A DNA stretch of 63,556 nucleotides, the filler included, from Collodictyon triciliatum (lineage: Eukaryota), in assembly GCA_043381765.1 (NCBI GenBank). It is 8 parts of 8 records of this genome, joined end to end, with 100 filler letters (N's around TTAATTAATTAA, not from the genome) between each part and the next. Parts side by side here need not be neighbours in the genome. Positions count along the whole stretch, not along the records: positions 10,751 to 21,395 come from JBHJMP010002613.1; positions 21,496 to 32,137 come from JBHJMP010002614.1; 6 more parts are not named here. One strand, 5' to 3'. Shown in pieces: positions 11,303 to 24,001 of this stretch (position 1 is the stretch's first letter; each line of letters opens with the position of its first letter). The notes under the pieces were generated by a model, which was given only the letters and a program-made list of their open reading frames with translations, did not search any database and had not been told where the DNA came from. The position numbers and the translations under genes are program-made.

Positions 11303-12263
11303 GATTATGGGATTGCATGAAAGCACAATCCAGAAACCCACTTGTTGTTGCTACCTTTGATGCTGCAAACCCTCAGCATAAAAAAAAAAAGCATCCTCAC
11401 TGCTTCTCCTTGCATGCTCCACACGAATCAGAGGTATCAGCATTCAATCCTTGTAAACATTACGAAAGAAAAAGAAAGCAAGAAATGAGAGAAATGAAAG
11501 AGAATCCATGATTATAGATAAAGAAAAGGTGAATATGCTGCATGAATCTTGAGAGGCGGAGAAAGTCAGCCATCTGCATTACCAAAATCAGCTTTTAATT
11601 GCGCCAACTTTCTTTCGTGTGATATGGTTTTGATGTATAAAGATGAAAGCTCTCGCATACGTCCCAACGGGCGTAAGAAACGCTAGCACTTAAGAAGTAA
11701 TAATGAATAAAAAAAAATGATTTGCTTGACCCACCGTCGCTTCGTGATTGTTTCCAACCGGAGCCCCGATGGCATAAAATCGCTGCCAATTAATGAGTTT
11801 ATAGACGCCTGGTAATTTTTTTTTCATACAAAGGTTAAACATCCCTAAAGCTTGTCGCCTTTGGAATATATCACATCTATCCCAAAAACGACGCCCACAA
11901 TCGCGCCATTCAATGATTGGGTCACTATGCCGCAGCCGTGACACTCGAAGAGAGTGGCGGCGATGAAATGCGAGGAAACAACATTTGTGTTTTGCGTATT
12001 GGAACATAGCGAGAGGCTGCATTCGTCTTGCGCTTTTTGGTGGAACGAATGTTTCGAAACAAAGCGAAATGGCCTGCTGCTATGTATTAAACATATCAGG
12101 CCTTCATGATATTTAAGCAACCCTTCCAAAAACTCCAAAGTCATTTACAGACCATTCTCACTCTCCCACGAGGCGAAACACAACCAACAACGCAGCCTCT
12201 AATGCGCTTCAATATACCCCGAGTCAGTCGTAGGAGGCGGAAAGTGCGATTATCAAAGCCAAG

Positions 12264-15202
12264 ATGTGCGGGATTCTGGCGGTTTTTTCCTCAAGAAGCG
12301 ACCCTAAAGCCTTTCGAAAGAAAATAAAGCGCTACGCATCTCGGTAACACGCTTGAGAATAAGTGCCACAAAGCAGAGTTATTCGGCATCCACCAACCAC
12401 AAACGTTTATCTTCATACCTCATTCGCCACCGCAGACTTCGGCACCGCGGCCCCGATGGCTCAGGAATTTACAACGACAGAGACAACTGGCTGCTCCACG
12501 AACGTCTCGCCATTGTCGACCTTGACCACGGAGCGCAGCCGCTTTTCAATGGAGAGGCACTTATTCTCCTTCCTCTCGAATCAATCACAAAATAGCCCTT
12601 CTATTACGAATGTGAATCGGAACTACACAAACGCCCCACATCGATGCTGATTTCTGATTAATCCTGACCAGGGCTGCCCTGTGAAAGACAAAATCGCCTT
12701 GGTTGCAAACGGTGAAATCTACAACTACAAGTCTTTGATTAAGTCCCTCACGCAGACTCACACCTTTAGCTCAAACTCAGATTGCGAGCCAATCATTCAC
12801 TTGGTAAGGTCGCCATTCCATACTCCTTGTCTTTATGGATTTACAGAAACAAACACATAAATAAAGGTGGTGTGTTTCTTTCAACAACTCCTCACCTCTT
12901 AACAAGTACGAAGAAATCGGCCTGGATACCGCGTCGAAATTGGACGGCATCTTCTCTTTCGTTCTGTACGACGGAACTCGATTTTATGCCGCCCGTGACC
13001 CGATTGGTGTGACTCCCTTATACATAGGTATTGGGCGACCCTTGTTGTCCTCATCATCGGATCGTATATTCTGGTTCTAAGAAGCCAGTGGTTTACTAAA
13101 ATGTGGCTCACAGGACATAGCAAGGATGGGTCAATCTGGTTCTCCAGCGAGCTTAAAAGCTTGAAAGATGAGTGCAACCAAATCGACGTTTTTCCTCCTG
13201 GTCATTACTATACTCTCGAGACAGGATTTGTTCGCTACTACAATCCCATATGGTACTGATTTATATATTAATACTTTGCCACAGGGCGATTGTAAGTATG
13301 GATGAATTCATCCGACCTTGCATCCGCACTGGCAGCGAATCAAAAGCACTCAACTTGCATCCATGCCAAAGGTGGAATCCCGACTATGTCCCCACAGCAG
13401 AAGTAGACATGGAGAAACTGCGCACGACTTTTGAATCATCGGTCATCAGCCAGCTCATGAGCGACGTATGTTATACACAACAGATAGTTTCCATATGTTG
13501 GTGCTTTGCTAAATGGATTGACTAATTACCAGTCCGCTCTGATACTAAAGTCCGCATAAATGTCTCAAGGTTCCACTTGGCGTTCTCCTTTCTGGCGGAC
13601 TGGACTCGAGTCTGGTTTCCTCTGTTGTTGCTCGATATGCGAGGAAAATGGGATGGCCTGTGTATGTCCCGATATTCCTATGAAACTCTTGGTTTTAATG
13701 ATGTGTAACATTCACACGGCATTATCGATTCAGCGTCCACTCTTTCTCTATCGGACTTGAAGAGAACACACCAGACCTGAAGGCTGCAAGAAGGGTTTCC
13801 GAGTTCTTAGGGACGACTCATCACGAATATCACTTCACCCTTCAAGTAGCCCGCGATGAAAGATTGCCGCGATTGCGCTTTTGCTCATACACTTTCTGTC
13901 ATTCGTAGGAGGGCATCGACTCAATCAGAGACGTCATTTGGCACTTGGAAAGCTACGACGTGACCCTTATCCGCTCTAGCACACCGATGTATTTGATGGC
14001 GAGGAAAATCAAAGGTCGTTTTCAGTCTTTCTGCGATATGACACACAGAAATATATAGTATATACCCTGAACAAAAATATTGGCCAAATATAGCCATGGG
14101 TGTGAAAATGGTCTTGTCAGGAGAAGGCTCCGACGAAATATTCGGCGGGTATCTATACTTCCATCACGCGCCTTCAACCGATGAATTTCACAAGGAATGC
14201 GTTCGCAGATTGAAAAATCTTCATTGGTGTGATTGCCTGCGAGCAAATAAGTCGACTCAGGTGCGGAACCACTTGAGATATTTTTGTTGTTGGTGCGATT
14301 CGCCATTCAATTCGTAACAAACACCAATCTTTTGCAACTAGGCGTGGGGTCTAGAGGCTCGTGTCCCGTTCCTTGATTTGAGTTTCCTTGAGGTAATTGC
14401 TTGTGGATGAAGCAAACATTTGATTAGAACTCTGTAATCGAGCCTATCGGTCTCACCAATCTCAAAAATAAAAGGTCTCCATGGGCATTCGCCCGCATGA
14501 CAAGCTTTGCAGCAAAACAAGAATCGAAAAGTACATTTTAAGGAAGGTTTGGAAAGAATATAGCCACATTAAAAGTAAAAGACTTGGATTCATTCTTGCT
14601 CGCCAAAAGGCCTTTGATGTTCCTGTCGAGCCCTATCTCCCCGAAGACATCCTTTGGAGACAGAAAGAGCAATTCTCTGACGGGGTTGGGTATTCCTGGA
14701 TAGACGGGCTCATCGCATATGCCACCGAGCACGTAAGTCAATCGAATAAATCGCCTTGTTCGGGTTTTCATTTTCCCTCGATTACGAATCAGCTGCAAAG
14801 GCACAACTAAACGATGGGAAAATGTGGCTGGGTGCTGAAAAGGTGTCTGATGCCGAGATGGCGGCAGCCAAATTCCGATTTCCACACGACACACCCACAA
14901 CAAAGGAAGGCTACTACTACAGATGTATTTTCCAGGAGCTGTTCCCAGAGCCCTGTTGTGGTGAGTGCGACGATTCTGGTGAAGTAAAAAAATACTTGCA
15001 ACTTGACAACTGAACCTTAACCGCAGAAAAAACTGTGATGACATGGACTCCTTCGTGGAGCGAGAACAAAGACCCTTCAGGGAGAGCACAGAGAGCACAC
15101 CAGGCCTCCATCCTTGGCGATGTACTTTCACTCCAAAAAGAGTCGTGTGCATATGGCGCCTCTATTCACAAAAGCACAAATGAAAAAAAAATAGGGAACT
15201 AA
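12264..15202 (+). CDS. ASNS: Glutamine-hydrolysing asparagine synthetase (AsnB type); 15 exons
   Basis: [115 protein letters not shown]; 14 introns, one GC-AG. Confidence 0.97.
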
Positions 15203-15819
15203 TCTCTCAACTTAATAGAACGAACAGGACACAAAGAAGTTCAAGGCGAGCGCCTAACACAACTATCATTGCTGACGATGGTATTTTCGAGGCAAAGTGC
15301 GAGGATGTTTGTGATTGAAGAAACCCAGCATCGGTCTCTGCCTTTCAGCAAACAGTTTTTTCAACGAGAACGAATAAATTTGATGAGCGTGCAACACATA
15401 GTCCAGCCACTCTCATTCGCACCCCACAACCACAATTGAATATGCGAGTGAAAAGAGAAAAACATTTCTTTATTTCGACAGTCCCTTGAGGAAAAAAATA
15501 GAAACGGGGACAGCCGCCTTCGCCTCTACGACAAAAATGAGCTGTGGACAAGACAGTGGAAAACCCCGGATTGTGTGGTTGGATTTTTTTGTCTTGGAAG
15601 CAAGGAAAGGAAAAAAAAAGTAGAAAGGAAAGTGTTCTCACAAACAGACTATTCTACCCGAGGTGAATCAGCTCCAACGCGATTTCTGGTTGTGTTTGAG
15701 ACTGACAGAAGAGCAGATAAGGCTGTGTCGATGAAAGTACGCACATGGCTGTTACTTCGAAAATCGATTCCAACGAGTCCTTTCAACCATCTATCTCAGA
15801 CAATCTTTCATTCTATTTC

Positions 15820-17000
15820 ACCCCACAAGATGAGTCTTTTGAGGAGACAACGGGTCACTTTCCTTGCGTTTCTTGCTGGGCGACTCAAAAAGAAAGCGAT
15901 ACATCGTTGTTTGTCTGGTATTAAGGGAAGTAGCGCTTGACTGTCCCCTGGTTTCGGAACCGTGCGTAGCCGGCAGTGGACTTTGCTTAACCGGAATATG
16001 GATACGCGTTTGTCGATTTATTAACATATGCTCCTGCTTGCTCGGACTGTCTTGAGTGTGTGTAGTTCCAAGCTTGGATTCGACTTGTGCTGTTTGCTCT
16101 TGCTGCTTGGTTCTCGGTGCGACGGGCTGGGGCAGAGAAAACGGACTATCTTGGTGGGCGCTGATTCTTGTGTTGCCTTCGCTTTGGAGCATCCTTTCGG
16201 ATAAGTAACGAAGACTGCCTTGATGCCTCCTTTGTTTAACCATATTCACGTCGGTCTGAATGGGTAGTTTAGGGGAGATTTCTTTCGGGGTTTCGAGATG
16301 CGCTGCTCTTGGGTCTTGCGATGTGCAGGCTTGTCCGGTGTTGGCGATGGATGGCTCGAGTGCGAGGATTCTGAAGAGGAATCGAGATTTCCTTCCATGT
16401 CATCGTCGCTGTCGCTGTATGCGCGTATCTGCTGGGAGTCTTGCAGACTCTGTTGTTACCTGGCCTTCGCTTCTTTGGCATCGTTGCTGCTTGTCTGCTT
16501 GGCGTGTGTTTTGTTTTGCGGGTTTTTACTTTTCGTTCGTTTTTCGCGGCTGGTGGGCACTCTTTGAGGATGCGCTTGGATACCCTTTGCCCATGACCGT
16601 AAACTTTGCAGGGAGCTGGTTCTTGTGACAAAGAAGCTTCACCACGGCTGTGTCTGTGAAGAAGCATTTGTCCTTTTTATATCTCCACGTGGGTCGGTCT
16701 GAACGGATTCAGCTCCTCACGAAGGATTTGTGGCCATACGTCCAGCGGTAGTTGGTAGAGCATCACCAAAGTCTTTGTTGGTTTACTTCTGCTGAAGCTG
16801 CTATCATTATCAATCAAACTTAACTGCTTCAGCTACAGAAGCTTTCGGGCGCTTTCTGCTATGCGGAAGGCAATAAAGAAAAGGCCTTCGCTGTCCGGCA
16901 AGCGTGTTTGGATGGACTCTTCCCAAAGTTTGTTCGCTTTCAAGAAGGCAAGCGAGCGCATCTGTGAGCCTGCAGGTCTTGTTCTTTTTCTAAACGACTT
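15820..17000 (-). mobile_element. Decayed non-LTR retrotransposon ORF1 (gag-like) relic
   Basis: Stop- and frameshift-broken reading: FFIAFRIAESARKLL*..TLVMLYQLPLDVWPQILREELNPF..FFTDTAVVKLL..QLPAKFTVMGK, then a long K/S/P/Q-rich disordered tail. This resembles the L1/Tx1 ORF1 RRM-like pattern. No coherent intron model. Confidence 0.5.
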
Positions 17001-18528
17001 GCTTGGCATCATGCAAAAATACAGTCTGCTCAAACAGACTTGCAGGCTTACTTGCACGGGTCTTCCTGGACTTGTGTGCAACTCGGAGTTTTCTCTGCAT
17101 CAGCGTTGGAACTGGGAGAACTGGATGGTTTGTAAATCGTCCGATAACTCACATTTTGCACCCAGCTTTCTTCTTGGTTTGTGTTTTCCATCACAAACGC
17201 CATTTGCTTTGAAGTGGTGAAGAATTGATTAAAGTGAAGCGAGATGTAAAAGAAAAAAAAACTACTGGGGTTGTTTTTGTTTTTTAACTTCGGATGACAA
17301 GGGATGAAAAATCAACGACTTTAACAAAGTAATAGAAAAGATTACAAATCCCAAAATGCATCGCTTATATACGATTCGAAAGAAGATAGTGCACTCATGA
17401 TGTGCCAGAGGAATAAAGCGGCGTAAAACAAAGATTGAAGTGTGAGAAATGTGTTGTGGCTATGGTGATTGAATGTGATTCAAATATCGAGACTTTCAAA
17501 ATGGTTAAAGAATCTCTATATTTTACACTAACCGAGGGACAAAACAGAATTCAGTCATTTAAAAACTCCGTGGAAGCGCATAGCGAAGCTTTAAATATCA
17601 GACTTTGCCTCCGTAAGCTTCTTGGGTGTTTCGCCTCGTTTTTGTCTTTCAAGGATTTATTTTTATTTTTTTATCAACATTTTATCTTTTTTTTTCAATG
17701 ATTTTGTGGGGATACATTGATGTCGACAAACGAGCGGCTTAATTGAGATAAAACATCGTTGACCTTCACTCGGAAAGACAAGTTGTATTCAAGGCGCAAC
17801 GCTTTTAATTATGAAGCGATATGGTACAAGCTTTAAAATGCCTTGTCCTTTGTGCAATACTTTTTCGCATGGGACAGTTGACGACATCCTTGGCTTCCGG
17901 TTAACAAATCATACTTTTTCTGTATTGATATTGATACAGCAGGTTCATCCAGTTGCAAAGCTGTCTGCAATCTACTTGCATCGTATCTTGTGTTTTCAAG
18001 GCTCTTGAGTTTGAAAGGTCAAAGTGTCTCATAACTTCTGCTTCAACATGTAAATCACAAACACGGTCTCATTCACGAATAAATCAGGTGGTTGCTCTTT
18101 GGTCAGTTTTTGTCTCTCAATTATATAATAGTCAGTTATTCCCTGCCATCTAGTTCTTTCAAATTGGCCATGAGCCAAAATAAATAATAAAACGCTTGCC
18201 TTTTCAATTCAATGCCAAATCACCCACAATATTCAAATAAGCTATCGGAGACGAAGCCTGCTGCTTTTGTAATGCTCGATGCGAATGCACATGCCTTTCA
18301 CTGAGCTGCACAACATATGTGTTTTCTTCACCTCTGCATTGTTCAAAGTATATCTAAATCGCCCTGCATTGTGACACAACTTGAGAACCACATTAAAAGA
18401 GCACAAAGTCCATCGCTTGACACGTTATTTCGTCTGCCGGAAAAGGTCTCTTGCCAAGTTTATTTTACAGATGATAAACGGATGAAAATAAGGTGTTAGC
18501 CGCACAAAACTACAAACAGTACATCAGT

Positions 18529-21121
18529 TTAATATGGAACTCTAAACATCCTCACGCGTTCAACTTCAATCCCTAATCCCTGAAACCTTTCCTCGCTTGT
18601 TTGCTTTGCCTCTTCTCGGAATTGCAGTAGCTTCGGTATGCTTCTATCTCTGCCTCCTAGAGCACTTCTCAAGTCGGCGTCGTGGAAAAGGACATATCTT
18701 TCGTGTAATGCGAGAGCTTCTCCATACTTCTGTCCGTATTGACTCGATGCGTTATAACAACAAATAAGCGCCTACAAGTTTAGAAAAAAAGTGTCACTCC
18801 CGCTGATTGAACATCGGATATCTCATAAATATTGTATGCAGCTCATCATTATGAGAAAACAGTCCATTTTTTTCTTTTCTTTAAAAACTTACTTTCATCG
18901 AGCCTACATACTCAGACTTCCTGTGCAATAAGTGCATCTGAAATCGCCAGTAGAAGCAAAGCCCAACACAAAAGTACCCACTGAACTTGCCGAGATACGA
19001 AACTGAGTTCTTGATGCATCTTTCAATCCGCCTGTTGCGCTCACTTCCTCCCTCCTTCTCTTCATCAAGCTCCCGAATCAGTCGTGTAAGTCCAAGCTCA
19101 TAGCCGTAGATGACAGACACCGCCTATTTCCCCACCAAAGATGTCATTACAAAATAAACGTGGATGTGCATACCTCTCCATCTTATTTTTGCATGTTCAC
19201 ATTAACCTCTTGTTTAAAAAAAGTATTACTGTGATGTCAGCGTTGTTGCACCTCTCAAAAGCATCCATGATACAGTCCACGTCGTTAAAAATGCATCCAT
19301 AGCAAACATGCGCAAGAGTCTGTTCGACCATCGGCAATATCTGGCAAAGCTCAATACTTTCTTTTGATATTTGCTTCATCATTTGCTCCTCTCCATATCC
19401 AAATTTGATGAAATTGTAGACTTTCCAGTTGTTTTTCCATACAGTCGACTGCTTGTCAGTTTTGTTGCTGTACGAGGAGTCTATCCTTTTGTTGAGAGCT
19501 ACAAGACTCATGAATTCTCCACAGAGACAGTATGATTCCCATAACATCGCGTTGAGCATGTCGATTTTTCTTGTATCTCCAAGCATCACTGCAACACAAA
19601 GTCCCTTTTCTGCATGCGCCTTTGACTTTTCAATGTTCCCTACCATGATTAAATACAACGCAGAGAGCATATGCACCCACGGCTCTTCTCGAGGCTGAAT
19701 CTGGTGTTTTTCCGCCCATCCCTCAGCATAGTAAAACTCAGCCCATGACCTGAAAGTATGAAACAACAAATAAATCTGCAAACTTAAACAAAATTTGTGC
19801 ACACTAAAAAAAATATTATGAAAAGAATTTTATGAAAATTCATGAGGCGCATCAAAATAAAGAGGTAACAAAAAAAAAAATGAAGGCTTCATATCGGGAT
19901 GCAAAGTCCCACGTACCTGGGTGCTTTTGCTAGAACACAGACACTGCACATGGATAGGTACATCGATGGAAGCAAATAGAACGGCGAGATTTTCTCGCTG
20001 TTATTGAGTCCTCGAAATCCACACAAAAGAGTGGACACAATATCGGCCTCAAGATAGTAAAACTCTTGCATGTGATAGTTCACACATACAACCCTTCCAA
20101 TATCCTCCCCAACTTCCCCTCTTTCCCTACAAATTCCCAGATACCTATGACAGTGACTATTATTGTTCCGATTTTGACGTTGAATCCGTCCCTGCTTGGG
20201 TACAATAGCCTTGTTCATGCTCCGCCATATGCAACCAATCCAACCCCATCATGGACACAAAGTCATATTCAGATAACAAATCCTACCTGTTCGGGTTGCA
20301 TCGATGCTTTATCTGTGTAAATACTTCTCTCACTAATGAAAACACCTGTCAATTTATATAGACATATATTCAGGCACTTGTTTGTTTGCGAAATGAAGTA
20401 TTATAACAAAACATCAGGCATCCCGCTTTTACGGTCAAAAAAATATATTTGCCTACCCGCCCGATGGCGAAGTTCGGCTCCTCGTATCCAAGGCGCCTCA
20501 AACACTCCCGAAAATGCCTCTTCGACTCGCGCACGTTCCCAAGATACTTGTATGCCAGTCCCAGGCAGCTTTCGTAGTACCCTGTTTTGCGCTCACACAC
20601 CTCAGTTTTCCCCTCTTCGATGTACTTGACAATCTTGCTGAAGAACTCTACTGCTTCGGCATTTGAGAAGGACCGAAGTGCCTGATTCCCTGCGAGCTCC
20701 AAATATCCTATTGCCAAACAACAATCCGGTCTTCAATGGTATTCATTCACCTGTATACCCAACGAATCCGAAATGTCTTTCTGGGCAGTGCCCACATTCT
20801 TTTTACCAATCCGAATCTCATTCAAAAATTACGTATGGCCTGTGAATATTCTTCTGCGTTGCAGTAGTGGTGAGCGAGCAGAGGGTAGATTTGCTCCATC
20901 TCATGTCCACCTTGGCTCTGAACAAATTTGGTTTAGTACAAACCCCTTCGATTCAACAACAACCGTGCATTGCAAATGATTAAATGTAATTTTGCAAATG
21001 CGGCATTCTAAACTTCTGTGGCATATTCTTGTAGGTAATCAAATTGTACCAACCTCTATGTACTTTGCGATGGATGCGTGGATTGATTTCTTTTGTGAAA
21101 ATAAGAGCATGTCGTATGCGA
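18529..21121 (-). CDS. 3' part of a STAND-NTPase/TPR protein of the soluble adenylate/guanylate cyclase type; 5' part missing
   Basis: Spliced reading AYDMLLFSQKKSIHASIAKYIE..IYPLLAHHYCNAEEYSQAIRYLELAGNQALRSFSNAEAVEFF..LGLAYKYLGNVRESKRHF, the post-ATPase winged-helix/TPR segment seen in cyclase-AAA proteins. About 8 exons, stop at 18529. Confidence 0.7.
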
Positions 21122-21181
21122 CTAATCGTTATAGGTTGCTCTTATTAGCAAAAAAATAAAAATAAACTAAAAAGATGTCTG

Positions 21182-21395
21182 TATCTTTTTTTATCTTTTT
21201 TTATCTTTTTTTATCTTTTTTTATCTTTTTTTATCTTTTTTTATCTTTTTTTATCTTTTTTATCTTTTTTTATCTTTTTTTATCTTTTTTTATCTTTTTT
21301 TATCTTTTTTTATCTTTTTTTATCTTTTTTATCTTTTTTTATCTTTTTTATCTTTTTTTATCTTTTTTTATCTTTTTTTATCTTTTTTATCTTTT
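21182..21395 (+). repeat. (TATCTTTTTT)n microsatellite at contig end
   Basis: Directly visible. Confidence 0.95.
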
Positions 21396-21677
21396 NNNNN
21401 NNNNNNNNNNNNNNNNNNNNNNNNNNNNNNNNNNNNNNNTTAATTAATTAANNNNNNNNNNNNNNNNNNNNNNNNNNNNNNNNNNNNNNNNNNNNGTATT
21501 ATTATTAGTATTATTATTAGTATTATTATTAGTATTATTATTAGTATTATTATTAGTATTATTATTAGTATTATTATTAGTATTATTATTAGTATTGTTT
21601 TCTTGTAACAAGCACTCCACATTTTGCCGTCGAACAGCAACTCTCGTCAGCGACGATTAACTATGTTCTTTATATAG

Positions 21678-23034
21678 CCGAAGCGAAGTGAGCGTGACTC
21701 CAGCTGATTTGCTGCAAGCTGCTCCAGGCACAATCACTGCCGCTGGACTTCGCGGAAACGTCGAGTATATTAGCATACAGACTCATTAATTACATATGTT
21801 CCTCTTCTTTTTTTTCTTTTTGTTGAAAGAAATATGTTCAGAGCATAACTTCTTCAGTCATTTAATCCGATGGGGCTCGTGTGTTTCATGGACTTGAATA
21901 CCACCTGAACTCTTTTAAATAACGTTTCCATTCATTTCTCCTTTTATTTGGGTGTCATTAGAGTTGCCATTCGATACATGGAGGCGTGGCTCAGAGGAGT
22001 TGGCTGTGTGCCGATTCATAATATGGTACAACGCAGCAGTTGCACCCATCTGTTCATATCCAAGCGATTTCATGGCCGCATTAACCACTCTTTTGCTTTT
22101 GGTGGAAGAAAAGAAATTCACAGCTTTATTATTTTATACACACTCGATTAGATGGAGGATGCAGCAACCGCAGAGATCAGTCGCTCTCAGATTTGGCAGG
22201 TTCGCTCAATCAATCACTGTTGCCTACTTGCTTTTGCCCACTGAGCGTATTTTTATGTGTTTGGGTATCTTGTATCGAACTTTCAAAGCCATCATATCCC
22301 AAGATGTTCATGTAGAATCAAAGAGACGCATGGGAAAAAAAAAACTTACCAAATAGCTAAACTCTACATTTTCCAGTCGAATGATTATTCCTGACAAGAT
22401 CCTTTTTTTTTTTTTTCTATTTTTTTAATTTACTTTATTCGCCTAGTGGATTCGCCACGGAGCAAAGACAGCGGATGGAATCCCCATCACTGTCGAATAT
22501 GTTAGATCTGTCTTCAGCGAGGTTTCTGCTATTAATTATCATTCTGAGTCTGCATGACACAAACAAAACAAAACAAAAACAAAAAAAGCAACCACTTTCG
22601 CTTTGGTTTTTCTTATTTTTCTTTGTTCCGAAAAGTGCGAAATGAGAAATTAACCTGCTGCTGTTGCTATTTATTTTGTGTGAAGGTGATGGACGCCATC
22701 CAGAAAGAATCTGGGCCGAGATACCCACAGGTTGCTTTCGTATATTGTCACCATAACCCTCATCTCCTCCGGCATATTATCATCATCACCATCAAAAAAA
22801 AATAATCATAACTGGATATATATATGTATATTCCCATCTCCCCTCCTCTTTTTTTTTTCTTTACTTGGAGCAGAGGCCTAGGCTTTATCGACACAGCACT
22901 TCCATTATGTGCCCATGCTGACAATCCACCCATTACCCCAGACAAAGTACGACCTGGCCGGCCAGCTCGTTCTGCAAATGTCCATCGGCGAGTATCGTGA
23001 CTTCCTCACCACCGTCGCCTATGAAAACATGTAA
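21678..23034 (+). CDS. Malate synthase (MSA type), last 6 exons; 5' part missing
   Basis: [73 protein letters not shown]. Confidence 0.93.
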
Positions 23035-24001
23035 ACAAAACAAGCAACGCGGCCTGGGATGGTGGCCACCGGGGGCAGAGAAGAAGAAGGAAAGAAAAAA
23101 AAAAAGACATCATGAAACTAAATGGTCGATCCAAACACCGGAACACAACGCTCCCGCATGATGGTGATGATGATGATGACACAGTAAAAAAAAAAAATGA
23201 AGAGAAAAAGAATCAACATTTTTGAAAGGGAATAAAGAATAAGCGACAGCTCCGGAAACAACCACCACCCGAGCGCGGCTGCATGCTTGCTTTAATACGG
23301 AGCCCAGAAGCAGACAGTCTTTGCCCCTCCTCGCGTGTGGAGCTGCGCAGGCCGATCGGCGAGCATGCGTGCTGATCCCACGGAAACCCGATCAAACGCC
23401 TCCGTCCGCGTGAATCAGCAACACAACCCGCAGCATTCGCGCGGTGCGTCTGTGGGTTCTTTCCGGCACTTCCATCCACTCACCCGTTTGTTTCGCTGAT
23501 GCATACACTATCTCGGGCTGCGGTTGTTGCAAGGGAGTTGGGTTTCTATTTATTGTTGTTGTGTTATCTGCTGGGTTGAGCGGGAGTCAGAGGTGGTGGA
23601 TGTTTGGATGGGAGGCTTTGAATACTATTTTTTTTTAATAGATATAAATATGAGCACTGCCGGACTGGGCACTTGGATGTAGAGTAGAGAAGAGAAGAGA
23701 GAGAAGAGAAGAGGGTGGGGCTGGGATGTATATGGATGTATCGAGAGTGTATCAAAGGAAGAGAGAACCAACGCAGGTGCGGCAGTGACCCTCGCACGCA
23801 ACGACGCAGAGAGAGCACACGAGACTGTATTGTGGTGGGGTTTGTGCGCCAGCAGAGGCAGGCGGGACTGTTGTTGGATTGGTATCTATGTTATGTCCCA
23901 GGCGTCCGTGGCAGCCATGCCGTTTATGGCATGGGTATGTGGGTGTCTGTGTGTTTTGTGTCCGCAGCAGCGTCGTGGGTGCGCTTAGTGCAGAGAGCGA
24001 G

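Noticed and set aside
15820-17220. In-frame stops suggesting a reassigned genetic code
   Set aside because: Frameshifts accompany the stops, and all conserved genes read cleanly in the standard code and end in TAA, TAG or TGA.
17400-18500. Possible decayed gene or transposon
   Set aside because: Coding-like composition, but no recognisable motif or consistent splice model.
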